Source: Arenimonas sp.
GTDB taxonomy: Bacteria; Pseudomonadota; Gammaproteobacteria; Xanthomonadales; Xanthomonadaceae
Reading direction: 5' to 3'
Length of the DNA stretch: 64,000 nucleotides
Assembly: GCF_041919775.1 (NCBI RefSeq)
Contig: NZ_JAYRTE010000006.1
Location: 13,862 to 77,861, forward strand
The notes beneath the pieces were generated by a model. It made no database searches and was not told the origin of the DNA. It worked only from the letters and a program-made list of their open reading frames with translations. Numbering within the stretch: position 1 is the first letter of the stretch; each line of letters opens with the position of its first letter. The position numbers and the translations under genes are program-made. Positions 1 to 8,703 of this stretch are shown one piece after another.

Positions 1-3
1 CAG

Positions 4-690
4 GTGACACGGCTGGAAACCTTCGTCGACGCGGCCTTCGCCTTCGCGCTGACCTTGCTCGTGATCTTCTTCGAAAGCCTGCCCACTTCCTACGACGAAC
101 TGCGCGAAGCACTGCGCCGCCTGCCGACCTTCGTCCTGGGTTTCGTGCTGCTGGCCATGTTCTGGAGTGCGCACAATCGCTGGAGCCGGCGTTTCGGGCT
201 CGACGACACGACGTCCACGGTGTGGTCGCTCGGACTGGTGCTGGTGATGCTGGTTTACGTGTATCCCCTGCGCATGGTGATCTCCAGCGGCCTGTGGCTG
301 GCGACCGGTGGCTTCGTGCCCACGGAGCTGGTGCTCACCGGACCGGACGCGGTGTACGACCTGCAATGGGCCTTCATCATCTACGGCATGGGCTTCGGTG
401 GGCTGGCGACCCTGGTCTGGCTGCTCAACCGGCACGCGCTGCGCCGCGCCGACGACCTGGGCCTGGACGCGCTCGAGCGCCATGAAGCGCGCACCGAAGC
501 TGGCGTGCAAGCCATCCTGGCGGCCAGTGCCGCGGTCAGCATCGTCGCGGCCTTCGGAATGATGGCGGTGCCGCGCGACCAGTTCACCTACCTGCTAAGT
601 GGCCTGCCCATGTTCGCCTACCCGCTGCTGGGCATCGTCATCCCGGCGTTCACCGCGCGTCGCCAGCGCCTGCGCCCGGTTGCGGCATGA
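4..690 (+). CDS. TMEM175/DUF1211-family putative K+ channel-like membrane protein
   Basis: N-terminus VTRLETFVDAAFAFALTLLV matches the RxEAFSDGVFAI-type DUF1211 signature. Several hydrophobic helices. GTG start at 4; stop overlaps the bioD ATG (ATGA). Confidence 0.65.
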   Translation: MTRLETFVDAAFAFALTLLVIFFESLPTSYDELREALRRLPTFVLGFVLLAMFWSAHNRWSRRFGLDDTTSTVWSLGLVLVMLVYVYPLRMVISSGLWLATGGFVPTELVLTGPDAVYDLQWAFIIYGMGFGGLATLVWLLNRHALRRADDLGLDALERHEARTEAGVQAILAASAAVSIVAAFGMMAVPRDQFTYLLSGLPMFAYPLLGIVIPAFTARRQRLRPVAA

Positions 691-1373
691 GCGGGGACCT
701 GTTCGCCCGCGGCTGTTTCGTCACCGGCACCGACACCGGGGCCGGAAAGACCTTCGCGTCCGCCGTGCTGCTGCACGCGATGCGCCGCGACGGCCGCCCG
801 GCCGTGGGCATGAAGCCGGTCGCCAGCGGCTGCGAGCGTACGAACGAGGGCTGGCGCAACGAAGACGCGCTGGCCCTGCAGGCGGCCAGCGATCCCCGGC
901 CCGGCTACCAGCTGGTCAACCCCTATGCCTTGCCCGAACCCACCGCGCCGCAGATCGCCGCCGCGATGGCCGGCGTGCAGGTCGAGCTGGCGACGCTGCT
1001 GGCCGCGCACGGGGTCCTGGCCGGCCAGGCTGGCGGCCGGGTGCTGGTCGAAGGCGTCGGCGGCTGGCTGGCGCCGCTGGCCGATGGCCTCGAGCAGGCC
1101 GACCTGGCCCGCGCGCTGGACCTGCCGTTGGTGCTGGTGGTCGGCCTGCGCCTGGGCTGCCTGAACCACGCGCGCCTGACCGCCCGCGCCGTGGAAGCCG
1201 ACGGCTGCCGCCTGGCCGGGTGGATCGGCAATCAGGTCGAGGCACCGGGCCCGCATGCCGCGGCCTACCTTGACCTGCTGCGCAACGCCCTGCCGGGCCC
1301 CTGCCTGGGCCTGCTGCCGTTTGCGCCCGGGGCCGCGCCCGCGGACCTGGCCGCGAAGCTGTCGCTGGCCTGA
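687..1373 (+). CDS. bioD: dethiobiotin synthase
   Basis: FVTGTDTGAGKTF P-loop followed by GMKPVASGC, typical of BioD; length 228 aa. Confidence 0.9.
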   Translation: MSGDLFARGCFVTGTDTGAGKTFASAVLLHAMRRDGRPAVGMKPVASGCERTNEGWRNEDALALQAASDPRPGYQLVNPYALPEPTAPQIAAAMAGVQVELATLLAAHGVLAGQAGGRVLVEGVGGWLAPLADGLEQADLARALDLPLVLVVGLRLGCLNHARLTARAVEADGCRLAGWIGNQVEAPGPHAAAYLDLLRNALPGPCLGLLPFAPGAAPADLAAKLSLA

Positions 1374-1425
1374 ACGAAGGCCCGAAAAACGGTCGGAAAC
1401 CCCCGGAAACAGGCCATCAGTTGGC

Positions 1426-1453
1426 TTGACAGCGGCCGATTCAAACCTAGAAT
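1426..1453 (+). promoter_or_regulatory. sigma70-like promoter of the efflux operon (-35 TTGACA, -10 TAGAAT, 16-nt spacer)
   Basis: TTGACA at 1426-1431 and TAGAAT at 1448-1453, about 78 nt upstream of the adaptor-gene ATG at 1531. Confidence 0.5.
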
Positions 1454-1466
1454 GACCGTTCATTCT
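1449..1466. promoter_or_regulatory. perfect inverted repeat AGAATGA-N4-TCATTCT, candidate TetR operator overlapping the -10
   Basis: 7-bp perfect arms read directly from the sequence. It overlaps the putative -10, and a TetR gene sits at the end of the same operon. Confidence 0.45.
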
Positions 1467-1530
1467 TTTGCGCCCGCGCCGGTTCCCCGGCCCGCGGGCG
1501 ACCCCGCATTCTTTCTCCGAGAGGCATCCC

Positions 1531-2715
1531 ATGTCCGCGTCCGCCCGTTCCCGGCGTCTTCTGGCCGTCCCCGTGGCCGTCATCGCCGCCGCCAGTTTCC
1601 TGCTGGCCGCCTGCTCCGGCGAGCCGGCGCCGATGCAGATGCCTACGCCCGAAGTCACCGTGGTCACCCTGAAGGCGCAGCCGGTGCCGCTGACCCGCGA
1701 CCTTGCCGGCCGTACCGTGCCCTTCGTGGTCGCAGAAGTGCGCCCGCAGGCCACCGGCATCGTCGAAAAGCGCCTGTTCGAGGAAGGCAGCCTGGTGAAG
1801 GAAGGGCAGGTGCTCTACCAGCTCGACGACGCCACCTACCGCGCCGCCCGCGCCGCCGCCGCCGCCAACCTTGCGCGCGCCCAGGCCTCGGCGAAGTCGG
1901 CGCGCCTGGCCGCGGAACGTTCCACCGAGCTGGTGGCGCAGAAGCTCGTGGCCCAGCAGGACCATGAGCGCACGATGGCCGCCGCCGCCGAAGCCGCCGC
2001 CGATGTTGCCGCCTACCGGGCCGCGCTGCAGTCCGCCGACGTCAGCCTGGGCTACACCCGCATCACCGCGCCGATCTCGGGCCGGGCCGGCAAGTCCGGC
2101 GTCACCCAGGGCGCGCTGGTCACCGCCAACCAGGAAACGGCGCTGGTGACGGTGCAGCAGCTCGATCCGATCTACGTGGACCTGTCACAGTCGGCCACCG
2201 AGCTGATGCAGCTGCGCAAGGACGTCGAGGCCGGTCGCGTCGAGCAGGGCACCGTCGAGGCGAAGATCCTGCTCGAGGACGGCACGCCCTACGCCCACGC
2301 CGGCACGCTGGAGTTCACCGACGTCACCGTCGACCCGGGAACCGGCAGCTACTCGCTGCGCGTGCGCGTGCCCAACCCCGACAACCTGCTGCTGCCGGGC
2401 ATGTACGTGCGCGCCGTGGTCGAGCTGGGCACCCGCCCGGACGGCATCCTGGCGCCGCAGCAGGGCATCAGCCGCGACGCCAAGGGCAACGCCACCGCGC
2501 TGGTGGTGACGCCGGAAGGCAAGGTCGAAGCCCGCGTGGTGCAGACCAGCCGCACGGTCGGCGACCAGTGGCTGGTCGACGACGGCCTGCAGGCCGGCGA
2601 CCGCGTGATCATCGAGGGCCTGCAGAAGGTCCAGCCGGGCGGCAGCGCCACGGCCGTCGAAGCCGGCGCCGCCGCCACCCCCGACGACGCGGCTCCGCCC
2701 GCGCCCGCCGAATAA
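1531..2715 (+). CDS. RND efflux periplasmic adaptor (MexA/AcrA family), lipoprotein
   Basis: Lipobox-like LLAAC signal. Also contains YQLDDATYRAA coiled-coil and ITAPISGRAG lipoyl-like motifs typical of HlyD_D23 adaptors. ATG at 1531 chosen inside ORF 1468..2715. Confidence 0.9.
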   Translation: MSASARSRRLLAVPVAVIAAASFLLAACSGEPAPMQMPTPEVTVVTLKAQPVPLTRDLAGRTVPFVVAEVRPQATGIVEKRLFEEGSLVKEGQVLYQLDDATYRAARAAAAANLARAQASAKSARLAAERSTELVAQKLVAQQDHERTMAAAAEAAADVAAYRAALQSADVSLGYTRITAPISGRAGKSGVTQGALVTANQETALVTVQQLDPIYVDLSQSATELMQLRKDVEAGRVEQGTVEAKILLEDGTPYAHAGTLEFTDVTVDPGTGSYSLRVRVPNPDNLLLPGMYVRAVVELGTRPDGILAPQQGISRDAKGNATALVVTPEGKVEARVVQTSRTVGDQWLVDDGLQAGDRVIIEGLQKVQPGGSATAVEAGAAATPDDAAPPAPAE

Positions 2716-2730
2716 GCCGAGGTCCCGACC

Positions 2731-5700
2731 ATGGCAAGGTTTTTCATCGATCGCCCGATCTTCGCCTGGGTGATCGCCATCATCATCATGCTCGCCGGCG
2801 GCCTGGCGCTGACCCAGCTGCCGATCTCGCGATATCCGACGATCGCGCCGCCGACGATCACCATCAACGCCAGCTACCCGGGCGCGTCGGCGCAGGCCGC
2901 GGAAAACTCGGTCACCCAGATCATCGAGCAGGCGATGACCGGCCTCGACGGCCTGGACTACCTGTCCTCGACCAGTGATTCCAACGGTTCGGTGTCCGTC
3001 ACGCTGACCTTCGAAACCGGCACCGATCCGGACATCGCCCAGGTGCAGGTGCAGAACAAGCTGCAGCTGGCCACCGCGCTGCTGCCGGGCATCGTGCAGC
3101 AGCAGGGCATTTCGGTGAACAAGGCCTCCAGCGGCTTCCTGCAGGTGCTGGGTTTTGTATCCGAAGACGGCTCGATGGACCGCAACGACATCTCCGACTA
3201 CGTGTCTGCGAGCATCGTCGACCCGCTCAGCCGCGTGCCGGGCGTGGGCAGCGTGCAAGTGTTCGGCGGCAAGTATGCGATGCGCATCTGGCTCGACCCG
3301 GGCAAGCTCAACAGCTACCAGCTCGCGCCCAGCGACGTGGTGGCGGCGATCCAGGCGCAGAACGCGCAGGTCGCCGTCGGCCAGCTCGGCGGCACGCCGG
3401 CCATCGACGGCCAGCAGATCAACGCCACCATCACGGCCCAGGACCGCCTGCAGACGCCGGAGCAGTTCCGCGCCATCGTCGTGCGCGCCGATGCCGATGG
3501 TTCGACGCTGCGCCTGGGCGACATCGCCCGGGTCGAGATCGGGTCGGAAAACTATTCGGTGATCAGCCGCTACAACGGCAAGCCGGCCTCCGGCGTCGCG
3601 ATCTCGCTGGCCACCAATGCCAACGCCCTGGCCACCGCCGACGGCGTGGCGGAGTTGATGGAGCAGATGAAGCCGAGCTTCCCGCCCGGCCTGAAAGTGG
3701 TGGTGCCCTTCGACACCACGCCCTTCGTGCGCGTTTCAATCAAGGAAGTCGTCAAGACCCTGGCCGAGGCCGTTGTGCTGGTGTTCCTGGTGATCTTCCT
3801 GTTCCTGCAGAACTTCCGCGCCACGCTGATCCCGACGATCGCGGTGCCGGTGGTGCTGCTGGGCACGCTGGCGATCCTGCTGGCGCTGGGTTTCTCGATC
3901 AACATGCTCACGATGTTCGCGATGGTGCTGGCGATCGGCCTGCTGGTGGACGACGCCATCGTCGTGGTCGAAAACGTCGAGCGCGTGATGAGCGAAGAGG
4001 GCCTGAGCCCCGTCGAGGCGACGCGCAAGTCGATGGACCAGATCACCGGCGCCCTCATCGGCATCGGCATGGTGCTGGCGGCGGTATTCATCCCGATGGG
4101 CTTCCTCACTGGTTCGACCGGCGTCATCTACCGCCAGTTCACCGCGACGATTGTCTCGGCGATGGGCCTGTCGGTGCTGGTGGCGATCGTCCTGACGCCG
4201 GCGCTGTGCGCGACCATGCTCAAGCCGCTCAAGAAGGGCGAACACCACGGCGAGAAGGGTTTCTTCAAGTGGTTCAACGGCCGCTTCGACGCCGGTAACA
4301 AGCGCTACCAGGGCTTCGTCGGCGGCATGCTACGCCGCGGCGGCCGTTTCCTGGTGATCTACCTGGTGCTGGCGGTGGCGATGGTCGCCGTGTTCCGCAT
4401 CGTGCCCTCGTCCTTCCTGCCCGACGAGGACCAGGGCGTCGCCTTCACCATCGTGCAGACGCCGGTGGGCGCCACCCAGCAGCGCACGCAGAAGGTGATG
4501 GAGCAGGTCGAGGCGCATTACCTGCAGAACGAGGCCGACATCATCGAGTCCACCTTCGCCGTGCAGGGTTTCAGCTTCGCCGGCAGCGGCCAGAACAACG
4601 GCATGGTGTTCGTGAAGCTCAAGGACTGGGACGAACGCAGCAGCGACGAGGCCAGCGTCACCGCGCTGGTCGGCCGCGCGATGGGCGCCTTCAGCCAGAT
4701 CAAGGACGCGATGGTGTTCGCGCTGGCGCCGCCGCCGGTGACCGAGCTCGGCACCACGGGCGGCTTCAACCTGTACCTCAAGGACAACCAGAACCAGGGC
4801 CACGAGGCGCTGATGGCCGCGCGCAACCAGCTGCTTGGCCTGGCGGCGCAAAGTCCGCTTCTGATGCAGGTGCGCCCGAACGGCCAGGAAGATTCGCCGC
4901 AGTTCCGCCTGGACGTGGACAACGACAAGGCCGCGGCGCTGGGCGTGTCGGTGGCCGAGATCAACAACACGCTGTCGGTCGCCTGGGGTGGTCGCTACAT
5001 CGACGACTTCATCGACCGCGGCCGCGTCAAGCGCGTGTACGTGCAGGCCGACGCGCCGTTCCGCATGGTGCCGGAGGACTTCAACCTCTGGTACGTGCGC
5101 AACAACCAGGGCGAGATGGTGCCGTTCTCCTCGTTCGCCACCTGGCACTGGGAATACGGCTCGCCGCGCCTGGAACGCTACAACGGCGTGCCGGCGGTGA
5201 ACGTCACCGGCATGGCGGCGCCAGGCGTGAGCTCGGGTGATGCGATGGCCGAGATGGAGCGGCTGGCCGGCGAGCTGCCGACCGGATTCGGCCTGGAATG
5301 GTCGGGCGCCTCCTACCAGGAGCGCGTGGCCGATGCGCAGGTGCCGCTGCTGTATGCGCTGTCGCTGCTGATCGTCTTCCTGTGCCTGGCGGCGCTGTAC
5401 GAAAGCTGGACGATCCCGACCTCGGTGCTGCTGGTGGTGCCGCTGGGCATCCTGGGCACGGTGCTGTTCACCTGGCTGCGCGGGCTCGAGCGCGACGTGT
5501 ACTTCCAGGTCGGTATGCTCACCACGGTTGGCCTGTCGAGCAAGAACGCGGTGCTGATCATCGAGTTCGCCAAGGCCAACCTCGAGAAGGGCATGGACCT
5601 GGTCGAAGGCACGCTGGCCGCGATTCGCGACCGCCTGCGCCCGATCCTGATGACCTCGATCGCCTTCGGCTTCGGCGTGCTGCCCCTGGCCATCGCCACT

Positions 5701-5844
5701 GGCGCCGGCTCGGGCGCGCAGCGCGCGATCGGCACCGGCGTGATCGGCGGCATGCTGGCCGGCACCTTCCTCGGCATCTTCTTCATCCCGCTGTTCTTCG
5801 TGACCGTGCGCCGGCTGTTCTACCGCAAGGAAGCCAAGCGATGA
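2731..5844 (+). CDS. RND multidrug efflux permease (AcrB/MexB family)
   Basis: [24 protein letters not shown]-terminus; 1037 aa; 12-TM ACR_tran architecture. Confidence 0.95.
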   Translation: MARFFIDRPIFAWVIAIIIMLAGGLALTQLPISRYPTIAPPTITINASYPGASAQAAENSVTQIIEQAMTGLDGLDYLSSTSDSNGSVSVTLTFETGTDPDIAQVQVQNKLQLATALLPGIVQQQGISVNKASSGFLQVLGFVSEDGSMDRNDISDYVSASIVDPLSRVPGVGSVQVFGGKYAMRIWLDPGKLNSYQLAPSDVVAAIQAQNAQVAVGQLGGTPAIDGQQINATITAQDRLQTPEQFRAIVVRADADGSTLRLGDIARVEIGSENYSVISRYNGKPASGVAISLATNANALATADGVAELMEQMKPSFPPGLKVVVPFDTTPFVRVSIKEVVKTLAEAVVLVFLVIFLFLQNFRATLIPTIAVPVVLLGTLAILLALGFSINMLTMFAMVLAIGLLVDDAIVVVENVERVMSEEGLSPVEATRKSMDQITGALIGIGMVLAAVFIPMGFLTGSTGVIYRQFTATIVSAMGLSVLVAIVLTPALCATMLKPLKKGEHHGEKGFFKWFNGRFDAGNKRYQGFVGGMLRRGGRFLVIYLVLAVAMVAVFRIVPSSFLPDEDQGVAFTIVQTPVGATQQRTQKVMEQVEAHYLQNEADIIESTFAVQGFSFAGSGQNNGMVFVKLKDWDERSSDEASVTALVGRAMGAFSQIKDAMVFALAPPPVTELGTTGGFNLYLKDNQNQGHEALMAARNQLLGLAAQSPLLMQVRPNGQEDSPQFRLDVDNDKAAALGVSVAEINNTLSVAWGGRYIDDFIDRGRVKRVYVQADAPFRMVPEDFNLWYVRNNQGEMVPFSSFATWHWEYGSPRLERYNGVPAVNVTGMAAPGVSSGDAMAEMERLAGELPTGFGLEWSGASYQERVADAQVPLLYALSLLIVFLCLAALYESWTIPTSVLLVVPLGILGTVLFTWLRGLERDVYFQVGMLTTVGLSSKNAVLIIEFAKANLEKGMDLVEGTLAAIRDRLRPILMTSIAFGFGVLPLAIATGAGSGAQRAIGTGVIGGMLAGTFLGIFFIPLFFVTVRRLFYRKEAKR

Positions 5845-6470
5845 GCCCGATGCCGGCCGGCGGCGGCGCCAAGGCGAAGGCGCGCCAGGAAGCGCAGCGC
5901 GAACGCATCCTGGAAGCCGCCCGCACCTGCTTTTCCGAGGGCGGCTTCCACGGCACCGGCATGGCGGCGATCGCGCGCGCGGCCGGCATGAGCCAGGGCC
6001 TGATCTACCGCTACTTCACCAACAAGGCGGCGATCATCCGGGCCATCACCGACGAGCAGCGCGAAGAGCGCCGCGAGGCGCTGGCAGGCATCGCCACCTG
6101 TTCGGAGCTGGTGGACAAGCTGCTCGAGAAGATCGACGCCTGGCGCGAAAGCGGTCCGGGCGGCAGCTGCGAAGGCGGCTTCGACGCGGCGCTGTTCCTC
6201 GAAGTGTCGGCCGAGGCCACGCGCGACGCCGACATCGCCGCCGTGGTCACGGCGCAGGAGCCGCAGATCCGGGTCGACTTCGAAGACCTGGTGCGCCGAA
6301 GCGCCGCCGCCGCCGGCAAGCCGCTCGAGGCCGACGCGGTGCGCCGCCGCACGGTGGTGATGCGCTGCCTCGTGGACGGCCTGATCCTTTGTTACGTGCG
6401 CGACCCCCAGCAGGACCGCGCCGTGCTGCGCCAGAGCCTGCAGGAAGCCATCACCGCCCTCTGCCTGTAG
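5841..6470 (+). CDS. TetR-family transcriptional regulator
   Basis: [46 protein letters not shown] at 5841 overlaps the permease stop (ATGA). Confidence 0.9.
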   Translation: MSPMPAGGGAKAKARQEAQRERILEAARTCFSEGGFHGTGMAAIARAAGMSQGLIYRYFTNKAAIIRAITDEQREERREALAGIATCSELVDKLLEKIDAWRESGPGGSCEGGFDAALFLEVSAEATRDADIAAVVTAQEPQIRVDFEDLVRRSAAAAGKPLEADAVRRRTVVMRCLVDGLILCYVRDPQQDRAVLRQSLQEAITALCL

Positions 6471-6477
6471 CCCGCCC

Positions 6478-6500
6478 TGTGGGAGGGACTTCAGTCCCGA
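6478..6500. repeat. REP-like palindromic element (TGTGGGAGGGACTTCAGTCCCGA)
   Basis: Stem GGGAC/GTCCC around a TTCA loop, immediately after the TetR stop. A near-identical copy lies at 7489-7509. Confidence 0.5.
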
Positions 6501-6577
6501 TGCCCCCAGGTCGCGAGCTTGCCTGCCGCCCCAGCCAGGCCTAATCTGGCTCCCGCCCACCCGCAGGAGCCCGCGCC

Positions 6578-7474
6578 ATGCGTCATTCGCTGATCGGCCT
6601 GTTGTCTGCTGCCATCCTGATGCTTCCGGTGGGCACCGTCGCGCAAACGCCGGTTTCCTACGCCGGCAAGACCGTGCTCGTCACCGGCTCCACCGACGGC
6701 CTGGGCCGCGAGCTGGCCCGCGGCTTCGCCGCCGAAGGTGCCCACGTGATCATCCACGGCCGCAACGCCGAACGTGGCCAGGCGCTGGTGGAAGAAATCA
6801 CTGCCTCGGGCAAAGGCTCGGCGCGTTTCATTGCCGCCGACTTCTCCTCAATGCAGGCGGTGCGCGAGTTCGCCGACGCCGTCGCGGCATCAACCCCGAA
6901 ACTCGACCTGCTGGTCAACAACGCCGGCGTCGCCTTCAACGACGGCCAGCGCCGCACCAGCCCGGACGGCTACGAGCTGCAGTTCGCCGTGAACTACCTG
7001 GCCGGCTGGGTGCTGGTGCACAAGCTGCGGCCGGCGCTGAAGGCCGCTGCGCCCTCGCGCATCATCAATGTCTCGTCCGGCAGTTCGGCGCCGATCGATT
7101 TCAACGACGTGATGCTTGAAGCCGAAGGCGCCGCCGCGCGTGGCTATGGCCAGAGCAAGCAGGCCCAGGCAACGATGACCAAGGCACTGGCGCCGGCTTT
7201 CCTGGCCGACGGCATCACGATGGTGTCGCTGCACCCGGCGACGCTGATGGACACGACGATGGTGAAGGGCATCGGCATTCCGCCGCGCACCACCGTCCAG
7301 GAAGGCGTGGACCACGTGATGGGCCTGGCGCACGCGCCGACTCTTGAAGCCGGCGCCTTCCACCTTGAAGGCGGCGTGCCGCGCGACACCATGGACCCGC
7401 AGGGCCAGGACCCCGAAGCGCAGGCGAAGCTGCTGGCGCTCAGCGAAGAGCTCACCGGCGTACCCGCCGACTAA
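6578..7474 (+). CDS. SDR-family oxidoreductase with N-terminal signal/anchor
   Basis: TGSTDGLGRELA Rossmann motif, NNAG, and YGQSK catalytic Y-x3-K. Confidence 0.85.
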   Translation: MRHSLIGLLSAAILMLPVGTVAQTPVSYAGKTVLVTGSTDGLGRELARGFAAEGAHVIIHGRNAERGQALVEEITASGKGSARFIAADFSSMQAVREFADAVAASTPKLDLLVNNAGVAFNDGQRRTSPDGYELQFAVNYLAGWVLVHKLRPALKAAAPSRIINVSSGSSAPIDFNDVMLEAEGAAARGYGQSKQAQATMTKALAPAFLADGITMVSLHPATLMDTTMVKGIGIPPRTTVQEGVDHVMGLAHAPTLEAGAFHLEGGVPRDTMDPQGQDPEAQAKLLALSEELTGVPAD

Positions 7475-7488
7475 ACCCGCGCTTTCCT

Positions 7489-7509
7489 TGTGGGAGGGGC
7501 TTCAGCCCA
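7489..7509. repeat. REP-like palindromic element (TGTGGGAGGGGCTTCAGCCCA)
   Basis: Second copy of the motif seen at 6478-6500. It lies between the convergent SDR and queD genes. Confidence 0.5.
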
Positions 7510-7518
7510 GATGCTTCA

Positions 7519-7887
7519 TCAGCCCGGCCCGGTATACCTGCACCCCGACGTGCAGGTCTCATGCACCACCACCGCCGACAGGCCGGGCAGGGCGGGCTGC
7601 AGTTTGTCCCAGATCCAGATCGCTAGGTTCTCGCTGGTGGGGTTGTCGAGGCCTTCGATGTCGTTGAGGTAGTGGTGGTCGAGCTGGTCATAGAGCGGCA
7701 TGAAGGCCGCCTTGATGTCGCCGAAGTCCATCACCCAGCCGGTATCGGCGCCGACCTCGCCCGAGACGTGCAGTTCAACCCGGAAGCTGTGGCCATGCAC
7801 CCGCGCGCATTTATGGCCGGCCGGAACGTTGGGCAGCCGGTGCGCGGCCTCGAGCGTGAAACTCTTGAAGATGTCCATGGCCGGCAT
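7519..7887 (-). CDS. queD: 6-carboxy-5,6,7,8-tetrahydropterin synthase
   Basis: [29 protein letters not shown] closely follows the QueD signature. The start could instead be the MDIF Met at 7878. Confidence 0.9.
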   Translation of the reverse strand: MPAMDIFKSFTLEAAHRLPNVPAGHKCARVHGHSFRVELHVSGEVGADTGWVMDFGDIKAAFMPLYDQLDHHYLNDIEGLDNPTSENLAIWIWDKLQPALPGLSAVVVHETCTSGCRYTGPG

Positions 7888-7910
7888 TGTAGCCCCGGCC
7901 CCTGTCGGCT

Positions 7911-8468
7911 TCAGCGCACGGCGACCGCGTCTTCGCTGGCGGTCTGGTTGATCGCCAGCACGTCTTCGACTTCACCGCCGGTGGCCATGCCGTAGTCGAA
8001 GGCGCTGACGCTGCCGTCCACGTCCACCGACAGGCTGAAGGAGACGAAGCGGGTTTCCTGGCCGTCGAGCTGGGCCAGGCCCGAGCCGTCGAAGCGCCGG
8101 CCGCCCTGGTCGAGCCGGGTGGCTTCGGCCGAGACCAGCGAAAACGCCACGTCCTTGCCGGCCAGGTCGGCGCTCAGGTGGTCCTCGACCGTGGATTGCA
8201 CCGTCCAACCCGGCGCCACCGCCGCCTTCGACGCGCCACCGGCGAGGGATTCCGGGGCGGGCGGGGCGGCGGTGGCGCCGACGTTGGCCGACAGGGCCAG
8301 GGCCAGGCCGGCGACGGCCGCCAGGGTGCCGAGGCCCATCAGGGTCCGGCTGCGGCCACGCGCGGGGGAGGCGGGCGCGGCGGCGGTGGCGGTGGCGCGG
8401 GGGGCAAACGCCTGGGCAGCCCAGGCCAGGTCGGCGTCGGTCAGGTCTTCACGGATCAACAGGGTCAT
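7911..8468 (-). CDS. hypothetical membrane-anchored/exported protein
   Basis: Ala/Pro-rich N-region, then hydrophobic [19 protein letters not shown], then a beta-rich C-terminal part. No family recognised. Start set at MTLLIRE. Confidence 0.45.
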   Translation of the reverse strand: MTLLIREDLTDADLAWAAQAFAPRATATAAAPASPARGRSRTLMGLGTLAAVAGLALALSANVGATAAPPAPESLAGGASKAAVAPGWTVQSTVEDHLSADLAGKDVAFSLVSAEATRLDQGGRRFDGSGLAQLDGQETRFVSFSLSVDVDGSVSAFDYGMATGGEVEDVLAINQTASEDAVAVR

Positions 8469-8703
8469 GGCCGGGTTCCGATAGGGGGAGAGTCCAGGGA
8501 AGACAGCAGCATCCGTGCCAAGGCGGTCCATGAGGCGCAAGTTATTGATCCGACATGACAGTCGTTCGAGGGCAGGCCCGGCGGGTGGGCAAATTGCCAG
8601 TCCCTGCCGGGCCGGCTTCTTGCGAAATGCAAGGGCGGTCCCGTCTCGCTCCCTGCGACGCCGGTGGGGCAGTCTGTCCGGGTCGATCGGCTAGGCTGTG
8701 CGG

